Source: Octopus vulgaris (Eukaryota). Taken from it: a stretch of DNA of 64,000 nt. The notes under the pieces were generated by a model. It was not told the DNA's origin. It made no database searches and saw nothing but the letters and a program-made list of their open reading frames with translations. Below, in pieces: positions 51,197 to 64,000 of the stretch (position 1 is the first letter of the stretch; every line of letters starts with the position of its first letter). A program made the translations under genes and the position numbers. The stretch lies in NCBI GenBank assembly GCA_951406725.2, contig OX597834.1:18786001-18850000 (forward strand), given 5' to 3'.

Positions 51197-51600
51197 AGGC
51201 ATTGGAGTGGCTGTGTGGTAAGTAGCTTGTTTACCAACCACATGGTTCCTGGTTCAGTTCCACTGCATGGCACCTTGGGCAAGTGTCTTCTACTATAGCC
51301 TCGGGCTGACCGACGTCTTGTGAGTGGATTTGGTAGATGGAAACTGAAAGAAGCCCGTCATATGTATGTATATATATATATATATATGTGTGTATGTGCT
51401 TGTCTCCCCAACATCGCTTGACAACCGATGCTGGTGTGTATACATCCCCATAACTTAGCGGTTCGGCAAAAAGCGACTGATAAAATAAGTACTAGGCTTA
51501 CAAAGAATAAGTCCTGGGGTTGATTTGATCGACTAAAGGTGGTGCTCCAGTATGGCCACAGTCACATGATTGAAACAAGTAAAAGAGTAAAAAGAGTAAA
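51197..51600 (+). mobile_element. Full-length SINE family A
   Basis: Runs from the tRNA-like head through to the gtaaaagagtaaaaagagtaaa tail. Confidence 0.92.
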
Positions 51601-51889
51601 ATACAGAAAAAAATCTGTGATATGAATTTATTAGGAGTTAGTGAATGAAAAACTTACCTGAAATATTTTTCACATGTAATTCACCTGGCCTGTCAGCTGG
51701 CCTTTCATTGTTACATCTTATACTGGTTTCTCACATTCAAAACTGGTTGTGTATTGTTTGCCCCATTATCTAATCCTATTGATTGTCTTTTGCTTGTCAA
51801 CTTCTATTAGCTGTTTGTTAATTGTCTATTAGTGTAAAGTTTCCACTGATGGATTACTGGTTGTCTGCCCCTTTTTGGTGTTCTCTTGC

Positions 51890-52298
51890 TCTTTACTCTT
51901 ATACTCTTTTACTTGTTTCAGTCATTTGACTGTGGCCATGCTGGAGCACCGCCTTTAGTCGAGCAAATCGACCCCATGACTTATTCCTTGTAAGCCCAGT
52001 ACTTATTCTATCGGCCTCTTTGGCCGAACCGCTAAGTGACGGAGACGTAAACACACCAGCATCGGTTGTCAAGCAATGCTAGGGGGACAAACACAGACAC
52101 ACAAACACATACACACATACATATATATATATATATATACGACAGGCTTCCTTCAGTTTCCGTCTACCAAATCCACTCACAAGGCATTGGTCGGCCCGGG
52201 GCTATAGCAGAAAACACTTGCCCAAGATGTCAAACAGTGGGACTGAATCCGGAACCATGTGGTTGGTTAGCAAGCTACTTACCACACAGCCACTCCTG
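51890..52298 (-). mobile_element. SINE family A
   Basis: Reverse complement of 51205-51600. Confidence 0.92.
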
Positions 52299-52412
52299 TA
52301 ATTTTTTTTGTTTTTTTTTCTTCAGTCTAGCTTCCAGAATTTAGAGGAGCAGTTCTCATGACTTTTGCAGGCCCTCTGAGACCATTGAGCTTGATATTGA
52401 TATTTCGCTTAA

Positions 52413-52634
52413 CCCTTTTGTTACCATATTTCTGTTGAAATGCTCTGTGTTTCTTTCAATTAATTTTAGATATAACAAAGAATTTAGTAAAATAACTTAG
52501 TTATCATTAAGCTAGTCTTAGGAATACAAATTGTGACTAAGGTTTGTTGAAAGATTTTCATTCAGAACTTTTAAAAACAAGGCATTTGTACTACAGAGTC
52601 AGAGGCGGTTTCAGGCGGGTTGGTATCAAAAGGG
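52413..52634. mobile_element. piggyBac-type MITE (family 1)
   Basis: TTAA-CCCTTTTG...CAAAAGGG-TTAA. Confidence 0.92.
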
Positions 52635-53014
52635 TTAATATGATACAGATCAACACTTGCAGGAAAGAAATATTGGAATAGCAGGCAGATTAGAGAAAAA
52701 GGAGGCACCATACGGAAACAGAGCTTATGGGGTCAGTGGATACCAAACATAGATATAGAGCAGTGACACTAAAACAGTAGATAATCAGTAGACACCATGC
52801 ACAGGTAGACAGCAGTGGACAACAAACAAGAGAGCTAGTGAACATCAAGTAGGGTAATAGTCAATAAGTATATAAAAGGTAGATAGCTGGTGGACACTAA
52901 AAAAAGGTAGACAGCAGTGAACCAGTGGACAAATACCATCTACTGCATTTAGTGTCGTGTTCAAAGATATCAGATAATCATTTCTAGTTGCTGTTTAGTT
53001 CTAAGTTATGACTC

Positions 53015-53430
53015 TTTATTCTTTTACTCTTTTTACTTGTTTCAGTCATTTGACTGCAGCCATGCTGGAGCACCGCCTTTAATCGAGCAACTCGACCCCG
53101 GGACTTATTCTTTTGTAAGCCCAGTACTTATTCTATCGGTCTCTTTTGCCGAACCGATAAGTAACAGGGACATAAACACACCAGCATCAGTTGTCAAGCA
53201 ATGCTAGGGGGACAAACACAGACACACAAACACACACACGCATATATATATATATACATATATATGATGGGATTCTTTCAGTTTCCGTCTACCAAATCCA
53301 CTCACAAGGCTTTGGTCGGCCTGAGGCTATAGTAGAAGACACTTGCCCAAGGCGCCACGCAGTGGGACTGAACCCGGAACCATGTGGTTAGTAAACAAGC
53401 TACTTACCACACAGCCACTCCTGCGCCTAT
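53015..53430 (-). mobile_element. Full-length SINE family A
   Basis: Near-identical to 29665-30088. Confidence 0.93.
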
Positions 53431-53507
53431 GCTGTATTTTTCAGAAAGAAAAATTACAAATCTTATCACCTTGGCATAGAGGTTCACAATCACATGCCTG
53501 TAGGCAT

Positions 53508-53557
<50 letters not shown>

Positions 53558-53642
53558 CAGACAGACAGACAGACATTGTCTGAAGTGACTTTGCTTTTTG
53601 AAGACTGTAGTGTGTGATTTGAGAGATTTTGGTATTATTTGT

Positions 53643-53875
53643 AAGGCGGTGAGCTGGCAGAAACGTTAGCATGCCGGGCGAAATGCTTTGTGGTATTTCG
53701 TCTGCCGCTACATTCTGAGTTCAAATTCTGCCAGGGTCAACTTTGTCTTTCATCCTTTCGGGGTTGGTTAAATAAGTACCAGTTACGCACTGGGGTCGAT
53801 ATAATCGACTTAATCCGTTTGTCTGTCCTTGTTTGTCCTCTCTGTGTTTAGCCCCTTGTGGGTAGTAAAGAAATA
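53643..53875 (+). mobile_element. Full-length SINE family B with 12-bp TSD
   Basis: ggtattatttgt occurs at 53631-53642 and 53876-53887. Confidence 0.92.
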
Positions 53876-54172
53876 GGTATTATTTGTGGCAGTTTGAGCA
53901 GGGTCAATCATATTTAGTATTCTGAACCAGCAAACTGGGGATTTATTGGCCATCTCCTTGAACCTTTAGCACTTCAGATTTCCCTGTCAAATGTCCCACT
54001 TATTTATTCACATTGATATGAGTTAGTTCATGCATTACTTTGTAGCTTTGAAATTCCAGTGATGTGAGTGTTTATTTTTAGAATAGCACTGTAGGATATG
54101 TGTGATAGGGAAGATCTGGCTAGTCTCAGGATAAAACCAGTAGAATATTTTGGCTGGATATGGCCAGTTTAA

Positions 54173-54572
54173 ATACTCTTCTACTCTTTTACTTGTTTCA
54201 GTCATTTGACTGCGGCCATGCTGGAGCACCGCCTTTAGTCGAGTAAATCGACACCAGGACTTATTCTTTGTAAGCCTAGAACTTATTCTATTGGTCTCTT
54301 TTGCTGAACCACTAAGTTACGGGGACGTAAACAAACCAGCATCGATTGTCAAGCGATGTTGGGGGGATAAACACAGACACACAAACACACACACATATAT
54401 ATATACATATATACAACGGGCTTCTTTCAGTTTCCATCTACCAAATCCACTCACAAGGCTTTGGTCGGCCTGAGGCTATAATAGAAGACACTTGCCCAAG
54501 GTGCCACGCAGTGGGACTGAACCCGGAACCGTGTGGTTGGTAAGCAAGCTATTTACCACACAGCCACTCCTG
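54173..54572 (-). mobile_element. SINE family A
   Basis: Colinear with 53015-53430. Confidence 0.92.
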
Positions 54573-56266
54573 TTAAAAGGTTTAAACTATATTCATAAAA
54601 AATTTTATGCCTGCTGAAGGAAGCAAACAAGTGGAATATACTAAATGAAATATCTCAAAATCGTTACAAAATGTTATAAAATAATTTTATAAAATATAAT
54701 GTTGTTAAACAGAGGTGTGTATTGGGAAGTTCCTAAGTGGTGAAGTTCATAATGAGGATGATGATGGTAGCTGTGTCTGCACCTATGTTAATAATTATTT
54801 AGGACATCTTATTTTGATTAGAAATTTTTAGATAATAAATATGTTTACTGTCAATGATCTACAAATAAAAAAAAACAAACAAAGACTATAGAAATACTGG
54901 TGTAAAAAGAAAAACAAAAAAACAGAAACTCACAAAAAGATTGTGAAAAAAACCTTTCTTAGCATATTCTTAAAGGAAATAAAATCAATTATGGAGATCA
55001 CAGCCACTAATAGAAAAGAAGCTAAATATGAAGTATTTAAGAAAAAAGCTAAATTACTTCTATGAAAATAGTATCCTATTAAAAAATATCAAAAACCAGT
55101 TTCCAACAATTTAATTTTCAATATATTCCAATTAATAAATCTTTTTCACTATGACACAGAGCCTGATGACGTTCTACTTAGTCTCAGAATATTGTCAGCA
55201 GACCGATAAATATGCAGAATATTTCATTTGATCTCTACTTTGGAAGTTAACACTACAAGAAGGTGGAAGTAATGTTAATTACTACAAATTACTTTTGAAC
55301 TTACTAAACTCTACCACCATCTTCCACTATTTATTAGTAATATCATGCTTATATTCTATTGCGGCTGCTGTGCTCTTCTAATAAATATTGCGAATTATTA
55401 ATGATTTTCTTCTCTTAATTTATACTCATTGTCGTTTCCCTAAATTTGAAATGCTTCTTAATTTTATCATCTCTTTGAGTTGTGTTTGTGTAAAATACTG
55501 CAAGTCTTATCTGTCTACTGTTTTTTTAAATGTAATTAATTATAATTATTATAAACAACTTGATAGCCAATTTGTAAACTGTTTTAGATGATTCAGACAG
55601 AATTCTTATAGTTTTTAAAATATTTTTGTTATTTTTGTCTTATATTTTTTTAACCATTCCTTAGTCGAAGAATATTGTTGTATCTTGGGTGAGTCATTAT
55701 GCCAATAATAACACACACACAGGTTCAATTCCACTTCTTTATTGTTAGTCAATTGGTTAAATATCTTACCAACTAACTAATTAATCATTTGTTTAATGTG
55801 TTACTTAATCAATTTGTTGTTTGTTTGTCTGTCAAAAATCTAAGAATATTTTTTTTAATGCTTTTACTGGTCCCAAGCTCTGGGCTATGATTGTGCTGGG
55901 ATACTGCCAACAGAATGAAACTGAGGAACAAACTTTAAGTGTTTTGGTAATGTTCTATTTGAAAATGTCTGTACAATTTCAATATTTTGTTCTTATCAGT
56001 TGGTATCAATAATATTGAAATTTTCCTGGTTTAATTTTTAGTTTTGAAATTAGATTGAATCAAGTTTTTGTATGGATTTCAAAAACACCAAGTTTATTGA
56101 ATTATGCAAACAAATCGTATGGGCGTGGTTGTGTGGTAAGATGTTTGCTTCTCAACCACATGGTACTGGGTTCAGTTCCACTGCATAGTATTTTGAGCAT
56201 GTGTCTTCTGATATAGCCCACAGCTGGTCAAAGCCTTGAAAATGGATTGTGTTGACAGAAACTTAA

Positions 56267-56488
56267 CCCTTTAGTGTTCACATTATTCTGCCAAAATTAA
56301 TCCTTTTTTTATCCACATTGCCTTGAACTAATTATACATTATCTTGTAGCTGTGAGATTTTGATGAGGTAGCTGTTAATTTTTAAAATGATATTGTAGGG
56401 TTGGTGTGAGAGACCAGATCTGGCCAGTATGAACATAAAACAGGCAGAATACTTTTGGCCAGATATGGCCAGTTTAAATGCTAAAGGG
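56267..56488. mobile_element. piggyBac-type MITE (family 2) inserted in a family A SINE (56120-56722, +)
   Basis: TTAA-CCCTTTAG...CTAAAGGG-TTAA, with SINE sequence resuming on both sides. Confidence 0.9.
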
Positions 56489-56799
56489 TTAAAGAAGTCT
56501 ATGGTATATATGTATATATTTGTGTCTGTGTTTGTCCTTCACTACAGTTTGACAACTGGTGTTGGTTTGTTTACAACCCTGCATCTTAGTGGTTAAGCAA
56601 AAAGAGACCAATGGAACAGGCTTTAAAAAAAAAGCTACTGGGTTTGATTTGTTCGACTAAACCCTTCAGGGAAGTGCCCCAGCATTGCCACAGATTATGA
56701 CTGAAACAAATTAAAGGTAAAGATAATCATTGCTCTTTTAATGCAGGTGCTTCAAATTCAGTATGAATTGGCCAGGTGTGAAATATGGCCCTAGCAACA

Positions 56800-57330
56800 T
56801 TACTCTCAATATCTTGAACTGACCCTGTTAATTCTCTCTCTTCTTTCATGGAGATTTTTTACCAGTAGATAAACATCTTTCTTTCACCCAGCACTTCTTA
56901 TCTGTTCACATGACATATCCATACCAGTGCGGTTGTTTATTATGGCCTAATAACAGTTTTGGCTCATAAGTACTCTACATTTCATCTATATTCATGTGAC
57001 GTATCTATAGATCACACTTCATTCTCCATCTTTTGTTGATCATTGATGCACATTACCCATGTTTCATTATCATGTATCATCCATGTATCATCACAACTTC
57101 TACACAGGCTTTACAGAGTCTAATTTTTGGAAGAAGAGAACTAACTCATTGCAGGCAAAATATCTCTATATATTTTCCATCCATTTATTCTGGCACGAGT
57201 TGTATAGGCCTGTAACACATCATTTCTGTGGCCCAGTTCTAACAATACCAATCTACTTAGGACCTTTGTTGTTCTGCTTTGACTGGTATCTAACACCAAC
57301 TCTATACCTTTTCTCATCCAGCATACATAA
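56800..57330 (-). mobile_element. Old RTE LINE RT-thumb fragment
   Basis: The minus strand reads RARINGWKIYRDILPAMS...MIHDNETWVM, compared with RTE ARI..GW.KFRELLP.L...MLHGSETW. Confidence 0.6.
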
Positions 57331-58402
57331 TTCATATAGTTTTCCATTATATATTGACATGAAGCATGAAATCATTGAGAGTAGAAACAAAAAGTTGTGA
57401 TGCTCATGGTTTTTTCATAGGAAAAAATGGTAGGAAAGGGTTCCATTTGAAATAAAAGAATAAAATAAAATAATTTCATTTATAATGATTACTTTTTTGC
57501 CTTAGTGTGGGAATGAAACTTGCTTAGGGGGTGCAGATGCAGATCCAAAAGTTTTTACAAACAAGGTCGATTTTTTTTCCTATCTTAATGTCAAAACAAA
57601 CACAGGTGTAATAATTATTTTTATATTTGTACATCAGTCAATTCAGATAATTACAATAATGAAAAAGTAATGTGTCAAATCAGTCCAAAAATGTTTCTAT
57701 GTTCCTTCGTTTTGGCAATGAAGTTTTTCTGGAGGATGCTCAAAACATTTTCATTGCCTCCTCAAAATTTTAGTGAGTGTGCTTGTACCCGCTTCCACCC
57801 CCTGTTCCCGAGGCTATGCTTCCTTACATACAAAGTGCATTCCAGAAGTTTTGGGACTTTTGCAGGATAGACATTCATTTACTTCAAAGAAGTGCAACAG
57901 TGTAATCTCCTTCAAAGTAAGATCCTCTGACTACAGTGGTTTGGCAAAAGAGAGTAACAGAATAAGTACAAGACTTAGGAGAAAAATAAAAAATAAGTAT
58001 TAAGGTTGATTCATTCAACCAAAAATTTTCTTCAAAGTGGTACCCCAGCACAGCCATAGTCTAATGATTGAAAGAAGAAAAAGATAAAAGATTAGGGTTG
58101 ATCAACTGAATTCTCCCTTCAAATATGTGACCTTGTACCTGTGTTAGGTATAAATATTATGGACCCTATTATAAAACTAGTTTCATGCATTGTGATTGTC
58201 AATGACCCAAATAACTATGGTTTTGTGTATCCAAAATTGCTTTCTTCATGCTTTAGGTTTCCTTTTGAAATGAATATAAAATAAATATCCCTTTTTATTT
58301 CATGAATTACTTTGACTTTCCCATTACTCTTTCGCAACTGAAAATGTGAATCAATCTTGTCAAGATTTGAAATTACTACCATACAAGTCATTGCATTGCT
58401 CA

Positions 58403-59110
<708 letters not shown>

Positions 59111-60307
59111 GATAGAACTGTGCATGGTGCTGTTGAGTTATAATCTTTCGTATTTTCTGTTGAGAAATTTCTTCCTTTCTTGTACATTCATTAATCATTG
59201 CACACAATTTTCTCACTGCATAAAATGTTGAATCCGCATAATAGGCAGTTTCACATCTGAAGTTGCAATGCTAACACCACTCGTGTAACAAATTGATCAT
59301 TCCATCTGAATCAAACCACTCGATGTTGAAATCATAATTTAATTTAATATTTTATATTTACTTTGATTCTCATCCATTTCCTTAATTTTGCTGTTTTCTT
59401 TCCTTTTAAAGAAATGAAAGACTGTCCATACTAGACAGAATATTAGCGTAATGTTCTCGTTACATATTTAGATCTGCTGAAGATCTTTGAAGAATATCAC
59501 AGTTTCCAGTGGTATTTGTTCAGTTCCTCAACAGTATTTGGTCATGAGATTTTTAATGTTATTGCAGCAAACCTCTTTTGAAAGAAGGAACAGTTAAAAT
59601 ATACTTTCCTTTTAACGGTTTGCATATCATTGCTAAGTAAATTGCTTTACCTTACCCTTTAAAATTGTATCCTAGCTTATCTTTGAATGTACCAAATAGT
59701 TTCTCAAACAACGGCAGCATCTCTTGGAAAACATTATTTTTTTTTAATGTTAATTTAGGAGTTTGGAGAGGGTAGTGAGCTATGATATATAGAGATATGA
59801 AAGCAATCAGTTATTGATAAAATATGAGAAATAATATATAGATAAGGAAATATATATGGAAATCAAATCACTATCTAAATACTTAATGGCATTTGGTGCT
59901 ATATCTCAGATTTCTCACATTATTGAGTTTGATTTTCTGCTTATGTTAACAGAACATATTTACTGCTAGTATTAAACACGAATTTGTTACCGTATCTCTC
60001 TTGAAATACATTATTTTCTTTCAGTTTTTCATTATTTTGAAAATAATGAAGAATATGATAAAATAAATTGGACATTATTCACCTGATATAAGGTGGCAGC
60101 TGGCAGAATTGTTAGCACATGGGACAGTATCATTCACTGCATTTTTTGAAGGGGGTCAATAAAATAAGTATCAATTGAGCACTGGGGCCAATGTAATCAA
60201 TTAGTCCCCCAACCTTCAAATTTCAGGCCTTGTGCCTATAGTAGAATGGATTTTTAAGCTGATGTTTGAAACAATTTAACATGAAATTTTGATGGACGGT
60301 TATAATT

Positions 60308-60580
60308 TTCACGCTGAGAGTTGCTGAAGCATGGAACAAACTGCCGGCATCAGTTGTTAGTTGTCGGAGCACTGCATCCTTCAAAACTTCCATGCTTTCT
60401 CAAATTCGCCAACACTACACCTGATTTTCTCTCCTCCATACACACACAAGCATGTATCTGACTCATACATTGTTCGCTTTCCAGACATTTGTACATTACT
60501 GCATATACTTTATACGCACTTTCTGACAAGTTGTGGTGCACCTGAGCACTGTATACAATAATTTCATTATTTATTATTAT
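60308..60580 (+). mobile_element. CR1/L2-type LINE 3' end (ORF C-terminus, 3' UTR, (ATT)n tail)
   Basis: 60308-60424 reads FTLRVAEAWNKLPASVVSCRSTASFKTSMLSQIRQHYT*, matching F..RV...WN.LP..VV...S...FK. Confidence 0.85.
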
Positions 60581-61012
60581 TTTAATTTGGATCTCTTTAA
60601 ATCAGGAAGTTTGTACCATAGAACCAAGGGGATTCTTGAGTGGGTTTGTATCACAAGGGTTTAGTGGTTTTACCACATAACAATCTGATGAAATTTATTA
60701 TAAAATTACCTTTTTGCACTAGTTTCACTAGATGACAGAAATTCTTCTAGACTATACCAACACTATGGATGTGTGAAATATATGGGTTATGCTTTAAATA
60801 GGGAACATGAAAATAATAAACCATTTTCGACTAGATATACTGAGGTACAGTAAAATATCAATCAGTTCTCCACAATATAGCTCTGCCTTTAAATTCAACA
60901 TATGTTAGTTAAGTAGAATTAAACATAATTTGATTAGCTTCTCAGTCATGTTGATAGATATAAATTGTGGGTTTTCTAACAGAGAATAAAGCAGATTTAT
61001 TTCATTAACAAA

Positions 61013-61258
61013 TGAGGTCGTCGCCAGTGCCGCTGGACTGGCTCCTGTGCAGGTGGCACGTAAAAAGCACCATTTGGGCATGGTTGTTGCCAGTACCACC
61101 AAACTGGCCCTCGTGCCGGTGGCACGTAAAAGCACCCACTACACTCTCGGGGTGGTTGGCATTAGGAAGGGCATCCAGCTGTAGAAACTCTGCCAGATCA
61201 GATTGGAGTCTGGTTTGCCAGACCTCAGTCAAATCGTCTAACCCATGCTAGCATGGAC
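61013..61258 (+). mobile_element. RTE 3'-end copy, near-identical to 63430-63671
   Basis: Direct visual alignment. Confidence 0.9.
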
Positions 61259-63089
61259 ATTGAGCTGAAATGACTGTGAGGGTCTAAAAAGTCTTAAGTA
61301 TTAAAAAGACAAGTAAATGCAGTATGAAGGTCAATCCAAATCAACTGTTTATCCTATAGATAAAATGTGTATGGGATTTTCTTAGAGATAAAACAATGAA
61401 TGAGCTTTGTTGCTTTCCATAGATAGGCTTAATTCCTAAAAATGTTTCCTGAAAATTTAGTAGCTATTAGTAACAGATAAATGGACTGAAGTAGTACATT
61501 GCTTAGCCATTATCTTACCTATCAGGTTATTTTGCCACAATGGGAAGTTATAAAGCTGATTAATTATGAGTAAAATTGCCCAGAATGGCATAATAGCTTA
61601 AAATAATGACTTGTTCATGATATGACGAGTGCTAAATGAGATCTGATTATTACAATAAAAAAAAGTGAAGAAAATAAAGTAAGGAAAAAAATAAAACTTT
61701 AAGGGGCTAAACCTGATATAATGACTTTGATCTTCACAGGAAGATTGGAAATATGAAGTTCAGTGTAGTTGTATGTGAAGTTTTCCTCTTCAAATAAATC
61801 AAATATTTCATGCTATTTTTAGTACTTAGTATTCTCATTACACCCACCTGTTTGTACTTTGGTGCTTGTGTGTATGCATGCTCACTTATATTTGTGCAGA
61901 CATGCATCTTTATATGCATACGAGGGGGGGGGTGCACTGGAAAGCTCTTGGCCTTGGGTCAAAGAAAATACAGGAAGATCTGTTAATTATGATTTTATGC
62001 AACATGTTCCCCTTTCAGATTCACACACTTAGTGCAGCTGTCCTTCAGTTCTTCTAAGCCCTGTAAAAGAACTCAGAAGGTTGGTCCTAAAACCTGTTTA
62101 TGGACGAGAAGTTTGTAAGATAGAACCAGGGCCAGTCTCAGACTGGTTAGTAAGAAAAGGGTTAGAGTTAGGGTGCTGAGTTTGAATCCTGTAATAAACA
62201 AAATTTGCATTATACTAACAGAGAAATCGATATCTCTGCTGCTTTGTGTAATTGGGATATCACTTCCTCTGGGATAAAGCATGGGCCATTCTGCCTAATG
62301 TGCAAAATGATATTCAAATACAACCAATGTACACAAGAATCTATGATAAAATAGCATGATCATATGAAGTTCATTGAATAGTCCTCAATATCTGGAAAGA
62401 ACCTCAGGCACCTCACCCTGGTTATAACATGATAAAATCTAAAGAAATGAACAAATAACATGTAATCCTAATTGATGGAATATTTTTTTTTTTTTATTGA
62501 ACTGATATTTTTTTATGAGAGCAAAGCTATTTCTAGAATGTGAGGAAAAGCAATATTCAATAACTAACAGATGCTACCAAAGTAGTATTTAATATATTCT
62601 TTCTTTTGAAGACTACCACAAAATTTATTCTGAATTCTTACAATGTATATAAATCAGACATATTGGAAATGGATTATTGAAGCTGGACATGTTGATATTG
62701 AAAGAAGAAAGAAAAAAATGATGATTCAAGTTTGGTTTCTACATATGCTGTATTACCATTTAAATTGAAATTATTGAAACCTGAGACAGACAAATGTTAT
62801 GCTGTACACTATAATCGTTGAATGTTCTCAAAATAACATATATCACAAGCACTATTTATTTTCCAGCTTAAATATTGGTATAAGGCCAATAATCTTGCAA
62901 GAAAAACAGTCGATTTAATTGACTCTAGCACTTGTATTATTCTATGTTCTATTGACCCAGAGAGAAGATTATGGTGGGATTTGAACTCAGAAAATGGAGT
63001 GAAGTAAACAATTGCAGCGTGGAAGGTGTTTGTAAGCCATTTAAGAAACACACAAAAGCCGTTCGATTCACTTCAACATTTAAGTTTAA

Positions 63090-63140
63090 TTTGTCAAAAT
63101 ATTTTCGTCACTTTAAGACCGCGACCTGTTCACTGACAAA
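63090..63140 (-). ncRNA. Type I hammerhead-like fold, G3:C8 variant (left arm)
   Basis: tttgtca-GTGAACA-g-gtcgc ggtcttaaa gtgac-GAA-AATATT-T-tgacaaa. Confidence 0.55.
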
Positions 63141-63162
63141 AATCCGTGATGCAGCATGGATT

Positions 63163-63212
63163 TTTGTCAGTGAACAGGTCGCGGATTTTAGCGACGAAAA
63201 TATTTTGACAAA
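63163..63212 (+). ncRNA. Type I hammerhead-like fold, G3:C8 variant (right arm)
   Basis: tttgtca-GTGAACA-g-gtcgc ggatttta gcgac-GAA-AATATT-T-tgacaaa. Helix I has 7 bp, helix II has 5 bp, helix III is palindromic, and the triplet is UUU. Confidence 0.6.
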
Positions 63213-63402
63213 TTAAACTTAAATGTTGAAGTGAATCCAACGGCTTTTGTGTGTTTCTTAAATGGCTTACAAACACCTTCCACGCTGCAATTGTTTTCGT
63301 TCCAGCTCACGATCTCAGGTCAAATCACTTGCTATGCGAGTACATCTCCGAAGTGAAGTAAATAAATACTATAAGATATTTTGTATGGCACTTTACTAAT
63401 TA

Positions 63403-63705
63403 TGCTGGTGGCATGTGAAACATTCGAGCAAGGTCGTCGCCAGTGCCGCTGGACTGGCTCCTGTGCAGGTGGCACGTAAAAAGCACCATTTGGGCATGGC
63501 CGTTGCCAGTACCATCAAACTGGCCCTCATGCCGGTGGCACGTAAAAACACCCACTACACTCTTGGAGTGGTTGGCGTTAGGAAGGGCATCCAGCTGTAG
63601 AAACTCTGCCAGATCAGATTGGAGTCTGGTTCGCCAGACCTCAGTCAAATCGTCCAACCCATGCTAGCATGGAAAGCGGGCGTTAAATGATGATGATGAT
63701 GATGT
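63403..63705 (+). mobile_element. RTE 3'-end copy with (GAT)n tail
   Basis: Family motifs plus the terminal gttaaatgatgatgatg. Confidence 0.9.
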
Positions 63706-64000
63706 TATTACTGTATCTTTAGTACTGATTTCAAATTTTGGCACAAGGCCAGCAAGTTCAGAAAGGGGGTTAAGCCAATTACATTGACCCCAATATTCTA
63801 CTGGTACTTATTTTATCGACCCCGAAAGGATAAAGAGACGGTTAAAAACAGACAAAATGCCACAAAGCATTTTGCCTGGCACAGTAACAACTCTGCCAGT
63901 CACTGGCATTATTGCTTCTTTAATGTTAACACTAATACTGATGAGGATGATGGCAGATAATTTTCTGTAAAGTGTTTTCTGTTATTTTCAGAGCAAGCTC

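Larger units (their letters stand above)
63009..63351. mobile_element. ~290-bp near-perfect foldback plus ~55-bp tail, 11-bp TSD, with a variant hammerhead fold in each arm
   Basis: Arms are symmetric about ~63151. agtgaagtaaa occurs at 62998-63008 and 63352-63362. The element sits inside a decayed family B SINE. Confidence 0.85.

Noticed and set aside
55163-55200. CTGATGA as a hammerhead core (also at 4849-4855)
   Set aside because: No helix II closed by GAAA, and no helix I or III partner.

Overview
Eukaryotic, AT-rich, repeat-saturated non-coding DNA (intronic or intergenic). The tRNA-derived SINE families and very dense (TA)n/(CA)n/(AAT)n tracts point to an octopod cephalopod (Octopus-like). 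This is an inference from repeat families I recall, not a database result. I found no supportable host protein-coding exon: the ORF track consists of microsatellite translations, SINE read-through, and decayed or antisense transposon ORFs. Recognisable content includes decayed hAT and Tigger/pogo transposases; Ingi/Vingi-like, RTE, CR1/L2 and Penelope-like (PLE) retroelement fragments; several tRNA-SINE families; two non-autonomous Helitrons; piggyBac, mariner and other MITEs; and mini/microsatellites, often nested. The most interesting signal is a set of type I hammerhead-ribozyme (HHR) motifs with minimal, mostly palindromic helix III, in five sequence-unrelated elements. Two of these elements are head-to-head foldbacks with a one-sided tail. 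One (63009-63351) has an HHR fold whose C3:G8 core pair is swapped to G3:C8 in both arms. The other (19764-20355) joins a tRNA-type Pol III promoter head to an HHR. All coordinates were read by eye, and boundaries of old repeats are approximate.
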